Source of the DNA: Sphaerodactylus townsendi
Lineage: Eukaryota
Direction: 5' to 3'
Length of the DNA: 64,000 nt
Assembly (NCBI RefSeq): GCF_021028975.2
Contig: NC_059426.1
Span: 26,722,001-26,786,000 of the forward strand
This document shows positions 48,851 to 60,955 of the stretch, in pieces (within the stretch, counting starts at the first letter, position 1; each line of letters starts with the position of its first letter). The notes beneath the pieces are model-generated. The model saw only the letters and a program-made list of their open reading frames with translations. It ran no database searches and was not told the DNA's origin. Made by a program: the position numbers and the translations under genes.

Positions 48851-51800
48851 ACACAAAAGCGCTCGGAGCCGTTTCAGACAATCCGAAGGACGGTCCTTTT
48901 TGCCTTATCAAACTGCCAGGCTGGGTTAAAGCGCCTCCACTTAGCCTATCAGAGAGGAGGACCGGTCCCAACGCCAGCAAGATGCGGATTTGGGGCTGAC
49001 TGGAGAAGGAAGATCTATGGGCAAGTATGTGTCAGGAATGAAGCGACACAGTCGTGTCGCTGTGTAATTATCTGTATGTGCGCGCATGTGTGTGTGAGAG
49101 AGATGGTTTCTTATCAACGCACGCCCCCCCTCAAAANNNNNNNNNNNNNNNNNNNNNNNNNNNNNNNNNNNNNNNNNNNNNNNNNNNNNNNNNNNNNNNN
49201 NNNNNNNNNNNNNNNNNNNNNNNNNNNNNNNNNNNNNNNNNNNNNNNNNNNNNNNNNNNNNNNNNNNNNNNNNNNNNNNNNNNNNNNTACCATACCTTGT
49301 AGCAATGTTCGACCCAAATTGTTTTCTCTCCACATATGGGGAGACGATACAATTTTTTGTTACTGTTGAGGTAATGGCTGCGATCCCAACCATTGTTACT
49401 CGGGAGCAAATTCTCAATGAAGGCTCTTGAAGATCAAAATCGGGTGCGAATATGCCTTTGAGGGAGCCTTTGGTATGTCTAGCGAGAACACCTTTGTTCC
49501 TAGCAGCACAGCACCCCCCCCCCTCCAAGCTACCCCTATGATGAGTTCTAATCACATGTCGGTCCCCCCACCCACCCCCACCCCCAGAGATCACCAAGCT
49601 GTCAGTAAATGCTCCTGGAAACAGAGTTATGTGTCGACTCTTATCCACAGCAACTACAACAGTCTAATCCTTCCATGAGCGTGAACCTACTCAGAAGTAA
49701 GCCCCACTGCGTGCAACGAGGCTCGCTTCTTAGTCAATGTGCGTAAGGTTGCAGCGTAAACAGGGTGCCTGTCACTGCGCGCCTCGTGCGTTTGTATGTT
49801 TCGGAGTTAGCCCATGTTTGAAAACAGATACAGGAACATGTACTTCAGTGACGTAATCAACAGCCCAGGGACATACGAGGGCATCGATGCACACCCTGGA
49901 TAAAGTCCCCGAAGGCCTCTGTCTCTCTTGCTTTTTTCACGGTCTTTCTTCCCTCTCCCAGGGTTTTGTTTCCTTGCACCTAATCGAATTGCGTATCCAG
50001 AACTGCCCAGAAGTGCCGGGCAAAACAAGCGACCAGCTCATGTCCAGCTGGGCTATAATTTGGAGGATAAAAAAAAGAAATAGCCCCATTCAATTCAATC
50101 TTTAAAAGCAACCCCCCAAAAAATCCCCCTAACCCCCAAAAGGGATTAAGTGCCCCGTTTTCTTTTCGCTTAATACTTTGGTGGCCAGAATCTTCTTTGG
50201 TTAACTCCATCGCCGGCGTATTTGCCACCCAGGACGACCGGAAGGAGAAACCAAAGTAGCTTATTTGGAGGGGTTAATTTCCGCAAATAAATCCAGACTA
50301 ACTTTAGCTGTCAATATTTATTTCTTGCCACTGCATTGTTTTTTTTAATCACCTTTTTTGATTAGCGAAGCTCTATTGTAGAGGAAGAAAACTGGATAGA
50401 CTTGGCCAGGAAACACGGGCGATTCTGATTTTATTCGGCCTCGACCCTTGGAAAAAAACGCCCCAGTTCTTATTTCCTTTCCTTACTATTCTGAGACATC
50501 GTGGAATCATTCTCATAAATACATAGATGGAGATCTAGATCCCCGTCTATGTATTTGTGAGAATTATGAGAGAGAAGCTCTAACAGATTAATAGATTCCT
50601 TCGCCATCGCTGTCTGCTCATCGCGCCAGCTCGAAAGTCACTGGGATACTATTGCTGTTGTTGTTTTTCAATTCTAAATTTATTGTACAGACTTGGTAGA
50701 GAGCCTTGAATGAATGAGAGGAACAGCACTTTCTCAGGTAGGAAATAACATCAGCTGTGTTTATGGGCGCTGCACAAATCAACTCACATTTCTGTTTAAA
50801 AAAAACCCCCAAACAAACCTGCTTTTCAAAACTGAATTTAAATATATATATATGAGAGAATATTTCCACTAATGCAAAATTGGTAAAGTATATAAAGGTG
50901 TTTCCACTAATGCAAAATTGGTAAAGTAAATAAGCCTCCTCTCTGTTTTATTCCCCCCACCTTTCTTATACAGAATATCCAGGCGTTTGCCGCTCTTATT
51001 AAGACCGCAGAGATCGCCAAAAGCGAATAATTATTTTCTTGGTCCTGTTGAAACTTGGGAGAAGAGAAGAGAAAATCGAATTACAGGAAAAACAGCCGCC
51101 TTTCCCATCTAAGCGGCCCCTGTTTTGTTTTAAATTTGCAGTATTTGATGTACAAAACAGACCCACAAAATGCGCCCTGCACCAGATTTACAGTAGTCCC
51201 CCCCCCAAAAAAAATCAACCCCCACCCAAACCAGGCTTCCTCGTTTTTTTGTGTACCTATCAAGGAATGCAGTCCTTGTTTACCGGAGAGAAATGCTTTG
51301 TGCTTCGGCCAGTTTGCGGGGAGAGGAGGTGGGGGGGAGGCGGGCCGAGGCTCCAATTGATCTCTTTGTGTCTTGGGCCCTTTGGTTGTCCTGCTGGGGG
51401 TACGGGGCAAGGCCAAAGTCAAGCGAGAGGCGCAGGAAAGCGGGCAGACACCACCGCCAAGGGCAAGCGCCGGAGGCCGAGGGGAGTCGCGGCTCAACAA
51501 ATGGCGGGAGGCGTCGGGCAGAAAGCAAAGGAAGCAGCCGGAGAGTCGCCTTTTTTTGCGGGGAGGGAGGCAGAGGAAACCTCCCGTCGAAGGGCAGCCA
51601 TATAGTGGTGGGGGCGACTGGGGCGTCCCTGCTTGCAAGAGGAGCAGACAGACCAGACCAGCTCTCCTCCGCCTGGGATGGAAACCTCTCCCGGTGTCCA
51701 GGCCCTTCCTGGGCGTGTTCATGCCTCCCTCCAAAAAAACCCACAAAGCAAAAGACAACAAAATAAGGTCCTCCTGCCTTCGGTTTTAGGGCAGCTGGCA

Positions 51801-52258
51801 GAGCGCAGGACAGACCCCGGGGCGCCTTCGGGAAGAGATGCCGCAGGCCGAGGTGGTGGAAAGGATCTTCAGAGCGGCCAAGGGACAAAGGCCCCGGATC
51901 GGGTCCCAGGAAGTAAAGTGTCTTCACCTGACCCTCCCTCCCTCCCTCGCCCAGCCTCCAGCCCCCCCCCCCCCTTGACAAGTCAGTCCCAACCAGCTCT
52001 ATATGCTGTCCAGGCCTTTGGAGCAGGCCACGGGCAGGATTACAGTCCCAGGAACACTTGCACTTGGGCCGATTTTCTTCCGAGTAAACCCGTCTGCCAT
52101 AGGCGTGTGATAACGTCCGCCGCCTCCAGTCTCCCTCGATTCTTGGGAAAGAGGCAAAACGGGTCCTCCTTATCTTTCCAGGTTCAAAGTTGCCTTCCCA
52201 GGTTCAAATTTATCTGTGTGTGCCTCTCTGTCCCTCTCTCTCTCACACACAACAAAGG

Positions 52259-52259
<1 letters not shown>

Positions 52260-52319
<60 letters not shown>
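52260..52319. repeat. (CA)n microsatellite
   Basis: CA run. Confidence 0.95.
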
Positions 52320-52321
<2 letters not shown>

Positions 52322-52525
52322 CGGGGCTGCAGGAGGGAGATTTGTTGGAGCAATTGGAAATACAGGCGGGAGGTCGATCGCTCACTTAGAAGGAGCAGAA
52401 AATGCGTCCAACCCTGTGGGGCGCCCGGCCAAGCCATCGAGACAGATTTGGACCCAAATCCTTTACTGAAGAGTCACCTGTCTGGGTGGCAGCGGAGGCT
52501 GCGGGTGACTTTGCCCTCAGGGAAC

Positions 52526-52561
<36 letters not shown>

Positions 52562-53054
52562 GAGAGGAAATGGGAAGGGGCTGCTCTTCCTAAAATAAAT
52601 GGTTTTTATTTTTTAGTTGCTGCCCAGCTCTCTCTCTCTAAAGGGTCTCAACCGGCAGTTTTAAAGAGAGCCCTCCACACCCCCACAGACAAAGAAGTGG
52701 GGCCGCTCGTTCCGAGGGAGATCCACGCGATTTACCTGCCATCCCAGCAGCCTCTCAGGTCAAATCGGCCCCACTGATAAATGCAAATATCTGCTTAAAA
52801 GCGGTGCCGGGAAGAGGCGGCCGCGCGACTTCTCAGAACCACAGACTGGGAGGAGGGATAAAATGGCAAAATGGAGGGGGGGGGGAGAGACAGAGAGAGA
52901 GAGAGAGAGAGACTGACAACCTTCTTCCTTTCTTCCTGGATTTCCCCCCCTCCCTTCCGTTAAAGGAAAATACTTTTGCCAATATCCTAAACTCCAGTGG
53001 GTTTGGTTTGGGAAACCTGAGCTTGCGGAGAGGCTCAAGCCGCTAGAGACCGTG

Positions 53055-53190
53055 GCTCCTTCCGCACTTGCAGAATAATGCACATTCAATCCACTTGCAC
53101 AATTGTTTGAAAGTGGATTTTGCTATGCAGCACAACAAAATCCAGCTTCAAAGTGAATTGGAAGTGCATTATCTCTGCATGTGCGGGAAA
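53055..53190. mobile_element. Palindromic MITE (possibly PIF/Harbinger-like) in the HoxD12 3'UTR region
   Basis: TIR-like TCCGCACTTGCAGAATAATGCAC / GTGCATTATCTCTGCATGTGCGGG; related copy at about 58829. Confidence 0.7.
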
Positions 53191-53351
53191 AATCCCCTCC
53201 CCCTGTGCCTTTCCCCCAGGCATTCATTTTTCTTTTTCTCCCCACATCCCCAAGGCACCCCACCCCCACCCCCACCCCAGAGGGAGCAAAGCCAGAGGTG
53301 AGTCCGCGCTGCTGCGTAGCACGAGGCCCTGCGGTGGCGGCGGTGGCGCGC

Positions 53352-53593
53352 CTAGTAGAGGGCCAGGGGGTGCTGCTCGCGCATGGCCGCCCGCTTCTTC
53401 TTCATCCGCCGGTTCTGGAACCAGATCTTGACTTGCTGGTCGCTCAGGTGGAGGCGGCCGGACAGCTCTTTCCTCTTCTGCCTGTTGATGAACTCGCTGA
53501 GGAGGAACTCGCTCTCCAGCTCGGCGATCTGCTGCTTGGTGTAGGGTTTGCGCTTCTTCCGCGACCGCGCATGGATGGGGCCCCAGGGCAGAC
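53352..53593 (-). CDS. HOXD12: Hox-D12, coding exon 2 (homeodomain); spliced protein about 266 aa
   Basis: Acceptor TTGCAG|GT; [68 protein letters not shown]...LALY*. Confidence 0.96.
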
Positions 53594-54055
53594 CTGCAAC
53601 ACACACGGCGAGAGGGTTGGGGAGGAGGGGGCGGGGAGGGGGGTTGCCCTGAGATCAGGGCCCGGTCTCTCGGTGGGGCGCAAGAAGCCACATGCAAGAA
53701 AAAAGGGAGGGGGGAGCCACGAGGAGACCCGCGGGGAGGAAATGGGGAGATCCTCCCAGTTCAAAGGGAGTCAGCGCCGCTGAGCCTAGCTGGGCTTACA
53801 TCCGAGTAAACAGGCGGGACGCCAGGCCGACAGCTCGTTGCCCAAGAGGCAAACTTTTCGACCGGCTCGAGCTGCGCTCTCGAGGAAGGTTTGCTCGGAA
53901 TTAAAGCCCCTCTGCGCGCAACTGGCAAGAATTCCCGGGCCCGGCCGGCTTTGGAGAGCCGCGAGGGCCGGACGTGCTGGCAGCTCTTAAGAAGGCCTGG
54001 GGGGTGGGTTGCCTAGAGCGGCAGAGAAGCCCCCTTGGCGCAGGGAGGTCCCTAC

Positions 54056-54614
54056 CGTCCTGCAAGGAGGCTCTGTGGTTGAGCTGAGCCGCCGCCGGGG
54101 GCTGCAGAGTCACGTTCAAGTTGACGGCCTGTTTGAGGTCCTCCTTCAAGCCAGAGGCGCCACAGTCCGCGTCCAGCAGGGCGGCCGGGGGGCCGGGCAA
54201 CCCCCTGGCCTCGTACTTGAGCCCTTTGGCTGCAGCCAGCAGCATCCCGCCGGGTTGGCTGGCCGCGCCCTCCCGGCTGTGCCTATTACTCCTCTCCTCC
54301 TGCTTGGAGGCGCAGTGGGGGTCGCCGCCGGGCTTGTGGTGGCCCTCCGAGGCCTCTTTGCCGGGGTTGAGGGCGAAGGGCAAGTTTCCCGCAGCCGCGA
54401 GGTAAGGCGGAGGCGGCGAGGGGGTGGCGAACGCGTGGCCGGCCGGGGGGCTCCAGGCGAGGGAGTTCCTGGGGTAGGCGAGGGCCGGCAATGAAGCCGC
54501 CAGCTGGTGGCTCCCGTTGGCCCGCAGGTTGGGGAAGTAGAAGGAGTCGGTGGTGGAGGGCAGGTTCAACAGGGAGCCCACGTAGCTCGGCCGGCAGAGG
54601 CTGCGGTCGCACAT
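54056..54614 (-). CDS. HOXD12: Homeobox protein Hox-D12, coding exon 1
   Basis: GCCGCCATG Kozak context; MCDRSLCRPSYVGSLLNL...DSFYFPNLRANG...VNLNVTLQ; donor GACG|GTAGGG at 54056/54055; 559 nt, phase 1. Confidence 0.95.
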
Positions 54615-55610
54615 GGCGGCCGGTAGAGGAGCGTCGCCCTGCCTCGGCCGCGCCGCGATCACCCCCGGCAAAGAGCCCCGCAGAAGCCCGGCGAGGCTGG
54701 ACGAGAACTTGGCGCCGTCGCGGGTCCTTCCAAGCCCACCATCTCCAGCGCCGCCGCCCGCAACCAATGAGCCTCCGATGCCAGAAGGAGTTGGGGGGGG
54801 GGAACTTCTGGAAATATTAAGGGGGTCCCGACGCATCAGGGAAGGAGAGGGGAGGGGGCGAGGAGAGGAGAGGAGAGGCTGGTCTCCAGCCCTGGAAACA
54901 ACTGGGGCAACTGGGGGTGGGGTGGGGTGGGGGGAATGCCATGGTGGTGAAGTTGCAGGAGACCCCCTCCCCCCTCCCTCCCTCCCTTCAACCTCCAACC
55001 TGCCTGATGGCGCCGCTCGGGGCTCCCTCCCTGTCAATCTCGATTAAGATTGGCTCTGCGTTTTCTGCCTTCATCATGGCTTCCCGCGTTGTCTTTCCCT
55101 TCCTGCAAGAGTTAGTCAAGTCCCACCGTGTGGGGAGTGGAACACCCTGCGCATGTCCCACTGTACTTGCGCGCTCCCTCCCTCCCTCCCTCTCTCCCTC
55201 TCTGGGACACAAAAACTCTTCTCTCTACTCTACTGTTCTGTGCTACGCAGCGATGTCCTGTCCCAAACTATAGCGCTATTAATGGTGCGCTTTCTGTGCT
55301 CTGCTATAACGCTCTGCAGAGAAAGCCATATTTTGTCAGAAACTGTAGTGCAGTATAGTAGTCTAAAGATGTAGATGAGGTCTGTACTCCCCTTCTCACT
55401 CTCCATAACAACGACGTGGTCCCCATTTGTAGCTTGTGAAGAGGGATCGCTGTTGTATCAGCGAGGGGAAATATTATGGCACAATTGAACAGCGCCCATT
55501 CCGACGGTATAGATTGTCTTCGGGCGTGCAGATCCGGGAGGATTTCGAGTTGAAAATTTGCGTGAAGCAAAGGCGCAAGTGCCAATAGCAAGGTCAAGTG
55601 TGTAACAAAA

Positions 55611-55667
55611 AGGAGGAGGAGGAGGAGGAGGAGGAGGAGGAGGGAGGAAGAAGAAGAAGAAGAAGAA
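55611..55667. repeat. Compound (GGA)n(GAA)n triplet repeat
   Basis: Pure purine tract about 1 kb upstream of HoxD12. Confidence 0.9.
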
Positions 55668-56689
55668 TTGCAGTGATCCTGACATACTTTTGCACGTTTG
55701 ACCGATAAAATAGCTGTTCAGATTAAAAATGTTGTGGTTCGAATAAAGGCAAAGTAGACAATGATAACAAAGGCATCCAAACGCTGGCTGGTCACTGACT
55801 ACCTCTCTAGCTGCCTCGAGGAAATAAACTGATTCCCAGACGAGGGCAAAGGGTTTGTTTCACTATCGCACATCCCAGCCGACGGTCCTGTACTTTGTAG
55901 ATCGAGATTCCCGCCCTTGCGAAACTGTTCATCCCTTTCCAGTAACAATATTCCTTTCAAGCTGAAACCTCATTTCCTCGCTCCCGTCTCGCTGACTCAC
56001 CCTTTTGTGAGCTTCATGCGATTCTCCTTTTCAGAAACGAACCTGCTTCTATTTTAGATTTTTTTCCCCCTTCACCCTCTGTGGGAAATGATGCTGTTGA
56101 CTCATCCTCATCCTCACAGCCCCAGCTCTTTCCGTCACCGGCCAACACGTTTCCTGAGGTCGCCCTAAGAACAGGGCTTGCTTGCAGGGTCTCTCGCTTG
56201 CCCCGCCGGCTGCAAGCCCTTTCCGTGCCTGAGGCTAGCTTTCTCCCTAGGTGGGGACTAAGAAAGGCCCGCTGGTTCGGAGCACGAATTCTGCGGCCTG
56301 ACCGGCACTCGCCGGCACTGGGCTCCCCGCCGTAGGGAAGGCGAGGCGGCAAGAGTGGTTGCTGCCCCTAATTGGCAAATCTCCTTTGCCAGAACTTTCT
56401 CTGGCCAGGCTCTGGGCCTGACCGAATGGAGGACTTTTGGACCTCGGAGGGGCCCAGCAAATCGGCAGGAGCGATGGAAAGAGTGGGAAGGGACGCCTTT
56501 TGCCTCTGCAGGGAAGAAGGCAGACAGACGCCCCACGCAGTAAGCTCACGCTGAATTATTGATCGGTAGGGACGGTGTTTGGTCCGAAGTAGGTTCAGCT
56601 GCGTTCAGTGAGCCTTACTCCCCAGGAAACCGGCGCAAGATTGCAGATCCGACTCTTTCCAGGCACTGACGCTGATCAGCTACGTTTAA

Positions 56690-56772
56690 CCAGTAGTAAC
56701 AGGGCGATTTGGAACTAGGATCTAGGAGATCGGGGGTTCGAGTCCCTGTTCTGTTATTGAGCTCAGTGCGAC

Positions 56773-56775
<3 letters not shown>
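56690..56775 (+). mobile_element. Truncated tRNA-derived SINE head, followed by (TTTC)n at 56775-56858
   Basis: ACTAGGATCTAGGAGATCGGGGGTTCGAGTCCC with B box GGTTCGAGTCC. Confidence 0.5.
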
Positions 56776-56859
<84 letters not shown>

Positions 56860-58828
56860 CTTCCTGCCTCCCGCTCTCTCACCATAATCTACCAGAGCCT
56901 TGTTTGTTAGCATAAAATGGAGTCGCGCAACTGCTCTCAGCTGCGTGCATGAAGATTGGGGTTTAAAAAAAAAAAGATGATCACAATAATACCAATAAAA
57001 GCAAAAAAAAGTTGCAAACTGACTTTTTCCCTCCATGAATGCAGACAACGATTGGAAAACCGTCTCAAACACGTTGGGAAAATGCCAGCAACGACTTCTG
57101 GATTTCGAGAAGGTCCCCATCCAAAGTGGGTTGGCATCCAGTCTTTGGACATTTGCATGAAGCATTCCTGTCTTTTGAAACCGGGGACTAATTCCCTCAA
57201 ATGCCCTTCAAAATGCTGTAAAAGGGACCCCGGGTCAGCGCAGCGCAGACCCCACCAAGACTAAAGCGAGGGGATATCGACCACCGAGTCTAAAATCTCA
57301 GACCTGCTTTGGGCTGTTTGAACCGACAACCGAATCAGTTATTCATAGGACAGTTGTATTACCCACCCACCCCCCTTTAGAATCACCCACTCAAGTGGCT
57401 TGGCCTGGTCCAGGCAAAAACGCCCGCGTAGAAATCCCAAATCCGTCCGAGCTGCGCTGCCGGAATCCCAGGCGCATTTCGGAAAAGGGGCCGCGCCCCC
57501 CCCCCCCGATTCTTTTCCCACCGTCCGCATTTTCGCCCCTTCGGCGCCCTTCCCGATCCGACCCCTTCCACGTTCTTCCTCGAAGCGCGCAAAACACCCT
57601 CCTCCTATGGCGAAGTGCCGGGTTCGATCCTGCCCGGGCTTGGTTCGCTCGCTAGAATTCTCCATCTTGGGTTTTCTCTCCAAACGGCGTCGGCGGGCGC
57701 GGCTCCGGGGCGGGGGGGGGGGCGAGAAATCGTCTCATTTTGTTGGAAAGCCGTGCCCCACCCCCCCACCCCTCCGCCGCCGCCGCCGCCGCCGCCCGGC
57801 TTCAACCCCTCGGCTGGCCAGAAATCTTGATATCATTATCTCGCAGCCCAGGTCGGACCACACAGGCGCCGCCGGAGGATATTGCCGTCCGCTGGCCTGG
57901 GGGGGTGGGGGTGGGTTGGGGGGGGGGTCTGATCCCTGATTAACTCAGAGCTTCGTCTTTCTCCAGCAGGTTCCAGGGAAGGGTGAGGAACACAGAGTCC
58001 GGTGGGCCCTAGCACGAAATCGCCTGGTCAGCTCCTTCGAAAGGATGTCTTCGGGAGGCCAACAGGACTGGAGAAAAATGGACATCTGGGAATGGGAAAG
58101 CACCGCTGATTTGTGTCCTGCAGTGGTCGTAAATAACAGCACTCGGGAAATAATATCCTGTTGAGCATCCTTCTTCCCGCTGTTGTCACCCCTGGGATAC
58201 ATGCATTTTTAGGCAGGGAGGGAGGCAAGTAGGCAGGCAGGTAGACAGATAGATATTGAGTAGGGACGCGGGCGGGGGAGAATGTAACAGCTTAATCCCA
58301 AACAGAGTTTCCCCATCTCCCATCTCAGCGGTTTTAGAAAGGTGTAACTCCATAACTCTGATACACGCGCTTCCTTAAAAGGGGTCCTGCCACTTTTATG
58401 ACCAACCAAGTTTATTCCAACAGGACCTTTCAGTCCCTTTAAGGAGTTACCCGGGGGTTTCTTGGAAGCTGTATCATCATCTTCATAATTATCATACATG
58501 TCTTTCCACAAAAACACTCCATCTGCAAGGTTTATTTATATAGATGGAGTCTCTCTTACTTCAGTCCTANNNNNNNNNNNNNNNNNNNNNNNNNNNNNNN
58601 NNNNNNNNNNNNNNNNNNNNNNNNNNNNNNNNNNNNNNNNNNNNNNNNNNNNNNNNNNNNNNNNNNNNNNNNNNNNNNNNNNNNNNNNNNNNNNNNNNNN
58701 NNNNNNNNNNNNNNNNNNNNNNNNNNNNNNNNNNNNNNNNNNNNNNNNNNNNNNNNNNNNNNNNNNNNNNNNNNGATTTAATCATGGCAAATGTTCACTC
58801 CTTGATCTGAAGTCCTTCTTTCTGACTC

Positions 58829-59068
58829 TGGCCCCTTCCACACATGCAGAATAATGCACTTTCAATCCACTTTCAATGCATTTTGCAGCTGGATTTTACT
58901 GTGCAGAACAGCAAAATCCACTTGAAAACAATTGCAAAAGTGGATCAAAAAGTGCAGAATAATGTCTGGTTCACAGACATATTCTGGTTCACAGACATAT
59001 TCTGCACATGCAGACATATTCTGGTTCACAGACATATTCTGCACATGCAGAATAATGTCTGGTTCACA
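58829..59068. mobile_element. Second copy of the HoxD12-flanking MITE; right end replaced by short tandem duplications
   Basis: GGCCCCTTCCACACATGCAGAATAATGCACTTTCAATCCAC..., then repeats of CAGACATATTCTG(GTTCA/CACATG). Confidence 0.7.
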
Positions 59069-60110
59069 TCAGTGCTGCTTACTTGCCCGGAGATTCACAG
59101 TGTCGCCTTAAACAGAGCTGCATCCAAGTCCACTTTCTACAGCAGATTTAGAAGGGGGAAACTCTGTTTAGTGGGAACCTGTAAATGATGGGCTTAATGC
59201 TGATGCTTAAACTAATGCTGTTCTGGTCTGAACTCAGAGTAAGTATGCCTGAAGTATTTTAAGCTTTGTCTTAAAATAGAAAAAGGCAAATCACACTAAT
59301 CAATAACAGCTTTCCAGTAAACTTATCAACTAATACATATCTAGACCCTGTACAATTTGGAGCAAACCCCCACTTATAAGTAGGATTTATTTCTAAGTAA
59401 ACATTCCAGAAACTAAAGTGCCATTGATTTCACTGCATAATTGCATGCTTAACTTTGGCTGCTTGTATGCTTGTGCTCTATGTGTGTGCATGTGTACCTA
59501 TTATGCACGAATTATGATTGTATTGTATATGCACATGTGTACAACAATAAAAGGAAAAGAGCTGGTCCTCTAGAAAACCTATATGCCAAAAACATAAACA
59601 TAAAGGACTTGGAACATGAGTGTAAACTCTATTTTTACAGTCAACAAAACTCCTTGTGTGCATCAAACACAGGTACATATACAATTTATGCAGATAATTA
59701 AACCTTTATCAACATGAACCAGATCTCAGTCGTCTGAACGCACATGTATACAAACAAATTAGGCCTCATGGAGGAATCCTGAACAGAATGTCTTTTGAAA
59801 TGAGTTTTTAGTCATTAGAAGTAATTTACTTATTATGCTGAGGCAGATCTATTAACCTCTTGGGAGCAAGCTCTGATTTTTTTCTCCCCATAGCATATAA
59901 TGGGACAAAGGACATATACACAGGACTGCTAAGAATTCTCAACATTTCTTCTGCTTCTGGATTCCAACTGTCTTGGTTCCCACTTTCTTAGCTCCAGTAG
60001 TCAAATGGGATTAGGAGTACTAACTTGCTAGCTATCAGTTTCAGAGGTCTCACCATCCCCAAATGACTAACAAATGACTCTTGAGGTTTTGTGACAGCTA
60101 AATGCACCAA

Positions 60111-60406
60111 AGTAGTGGTTAAGTGCTTGCACAGCCACTCACACTGTCAGGAGTTTGAGCCCCGTGTGGGTCAGATATCTTGGCAGCTGGGTCATGGTCA
60201 ACTCAGCCATCCATCCATTCCATCCATCCATTCCTTGGTCTGTAAATGAGTACCTAGCACACAGCTAGGGGGTAAAGAATAGCCGGGGAAAGCAATGGCA
60301 AACTACCCCACAAAAACAGCTTGCCTATGATCAGCTTGCCTATGAAATCACTGCTTGCAGTGGTACCCCAGGGTCGAACACAACTGAAGGGGAAACTTTA
60401 CCTTTT
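60111..60406 (+). mobile_element. Sauria SINE (Squam1-type) with perfect 12-bp TSD
   Basis: tRNA-like head, GGTCAACTCAGCC, GGGGAAAGCAATGGCAAACTACC, tail ACTTTACCTTT; TAAATGCACCAA at 60099-60110 and 60407-60418. Confidence 0.85.
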
Positions 60407-60539
60407 TAAATGCACCAACCCAAAGAGAGATGGGTTGGTGGATAGATAGCATGGGATAATTGTTTTTATGTATGGGATAGATAGCATGCGATAATATGGA
60501 ATGGATAGCATGGGATAATATGTTTTAATGTATTTTCTT

Positions 60540-60955
60540 GATAGATAGCAAGGGATAATTGTTTTTCTTTATGTATGTATTTATGTATTTTCTTGATAGA
60601 TAGCATAGGACGATTGTTTTTCTTTATGTATGTATTTATGTATTTTCTTGATAGATAGCAAAGGACGATTGTTTTTCTTTATGTATGTATTTATGTATTT
60701 TCTTGATAGATAGCAAAGGATAATTATTTTTCTTTATGTATGTTTTTATGTATTTTCTTGATAGATAGCAAGGGATAATTGTTTTTCTTTATGTATGTAT
60801 TTATGTATTTTCTTGATAGGTAGCATAGGATGATAGTTTTTCTTTATGTATGTATTTATGTATTTTCTTGATAGACAGCATAGGATAATTGTTTTTCTTT
60901 ATGTATGTATTTATGTATTTTCTTGATAGATAGCATAGGATAATTGTTTTTCTTT
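60540..60955. repeat. 55-bp minisatellite, about 7.5 copies (degenerate precursors from about 60440)
   Basis: Unit GATAGATAGCATAGGATAATTGTTTTTCTTTATGTATGTATTTATGTATTTTCTT starting at 60540, 60595, 60650, 60705, 60760, 60815, 60870 and 60925. Confidence 0.95.

Noticed and set aside
54615-55037. Open frame extending HoxD12 upstream (ATG at 54836)
   Set aside because: It spans the probable promoter (CCAAT near 54764), and the conserved MCDRSL start has a good Kozak context.
60540-60955. Regular array resembling CRISPR
   Set aside because: Eukaryotic tandem repeat with no unique spacers and no cas genes.
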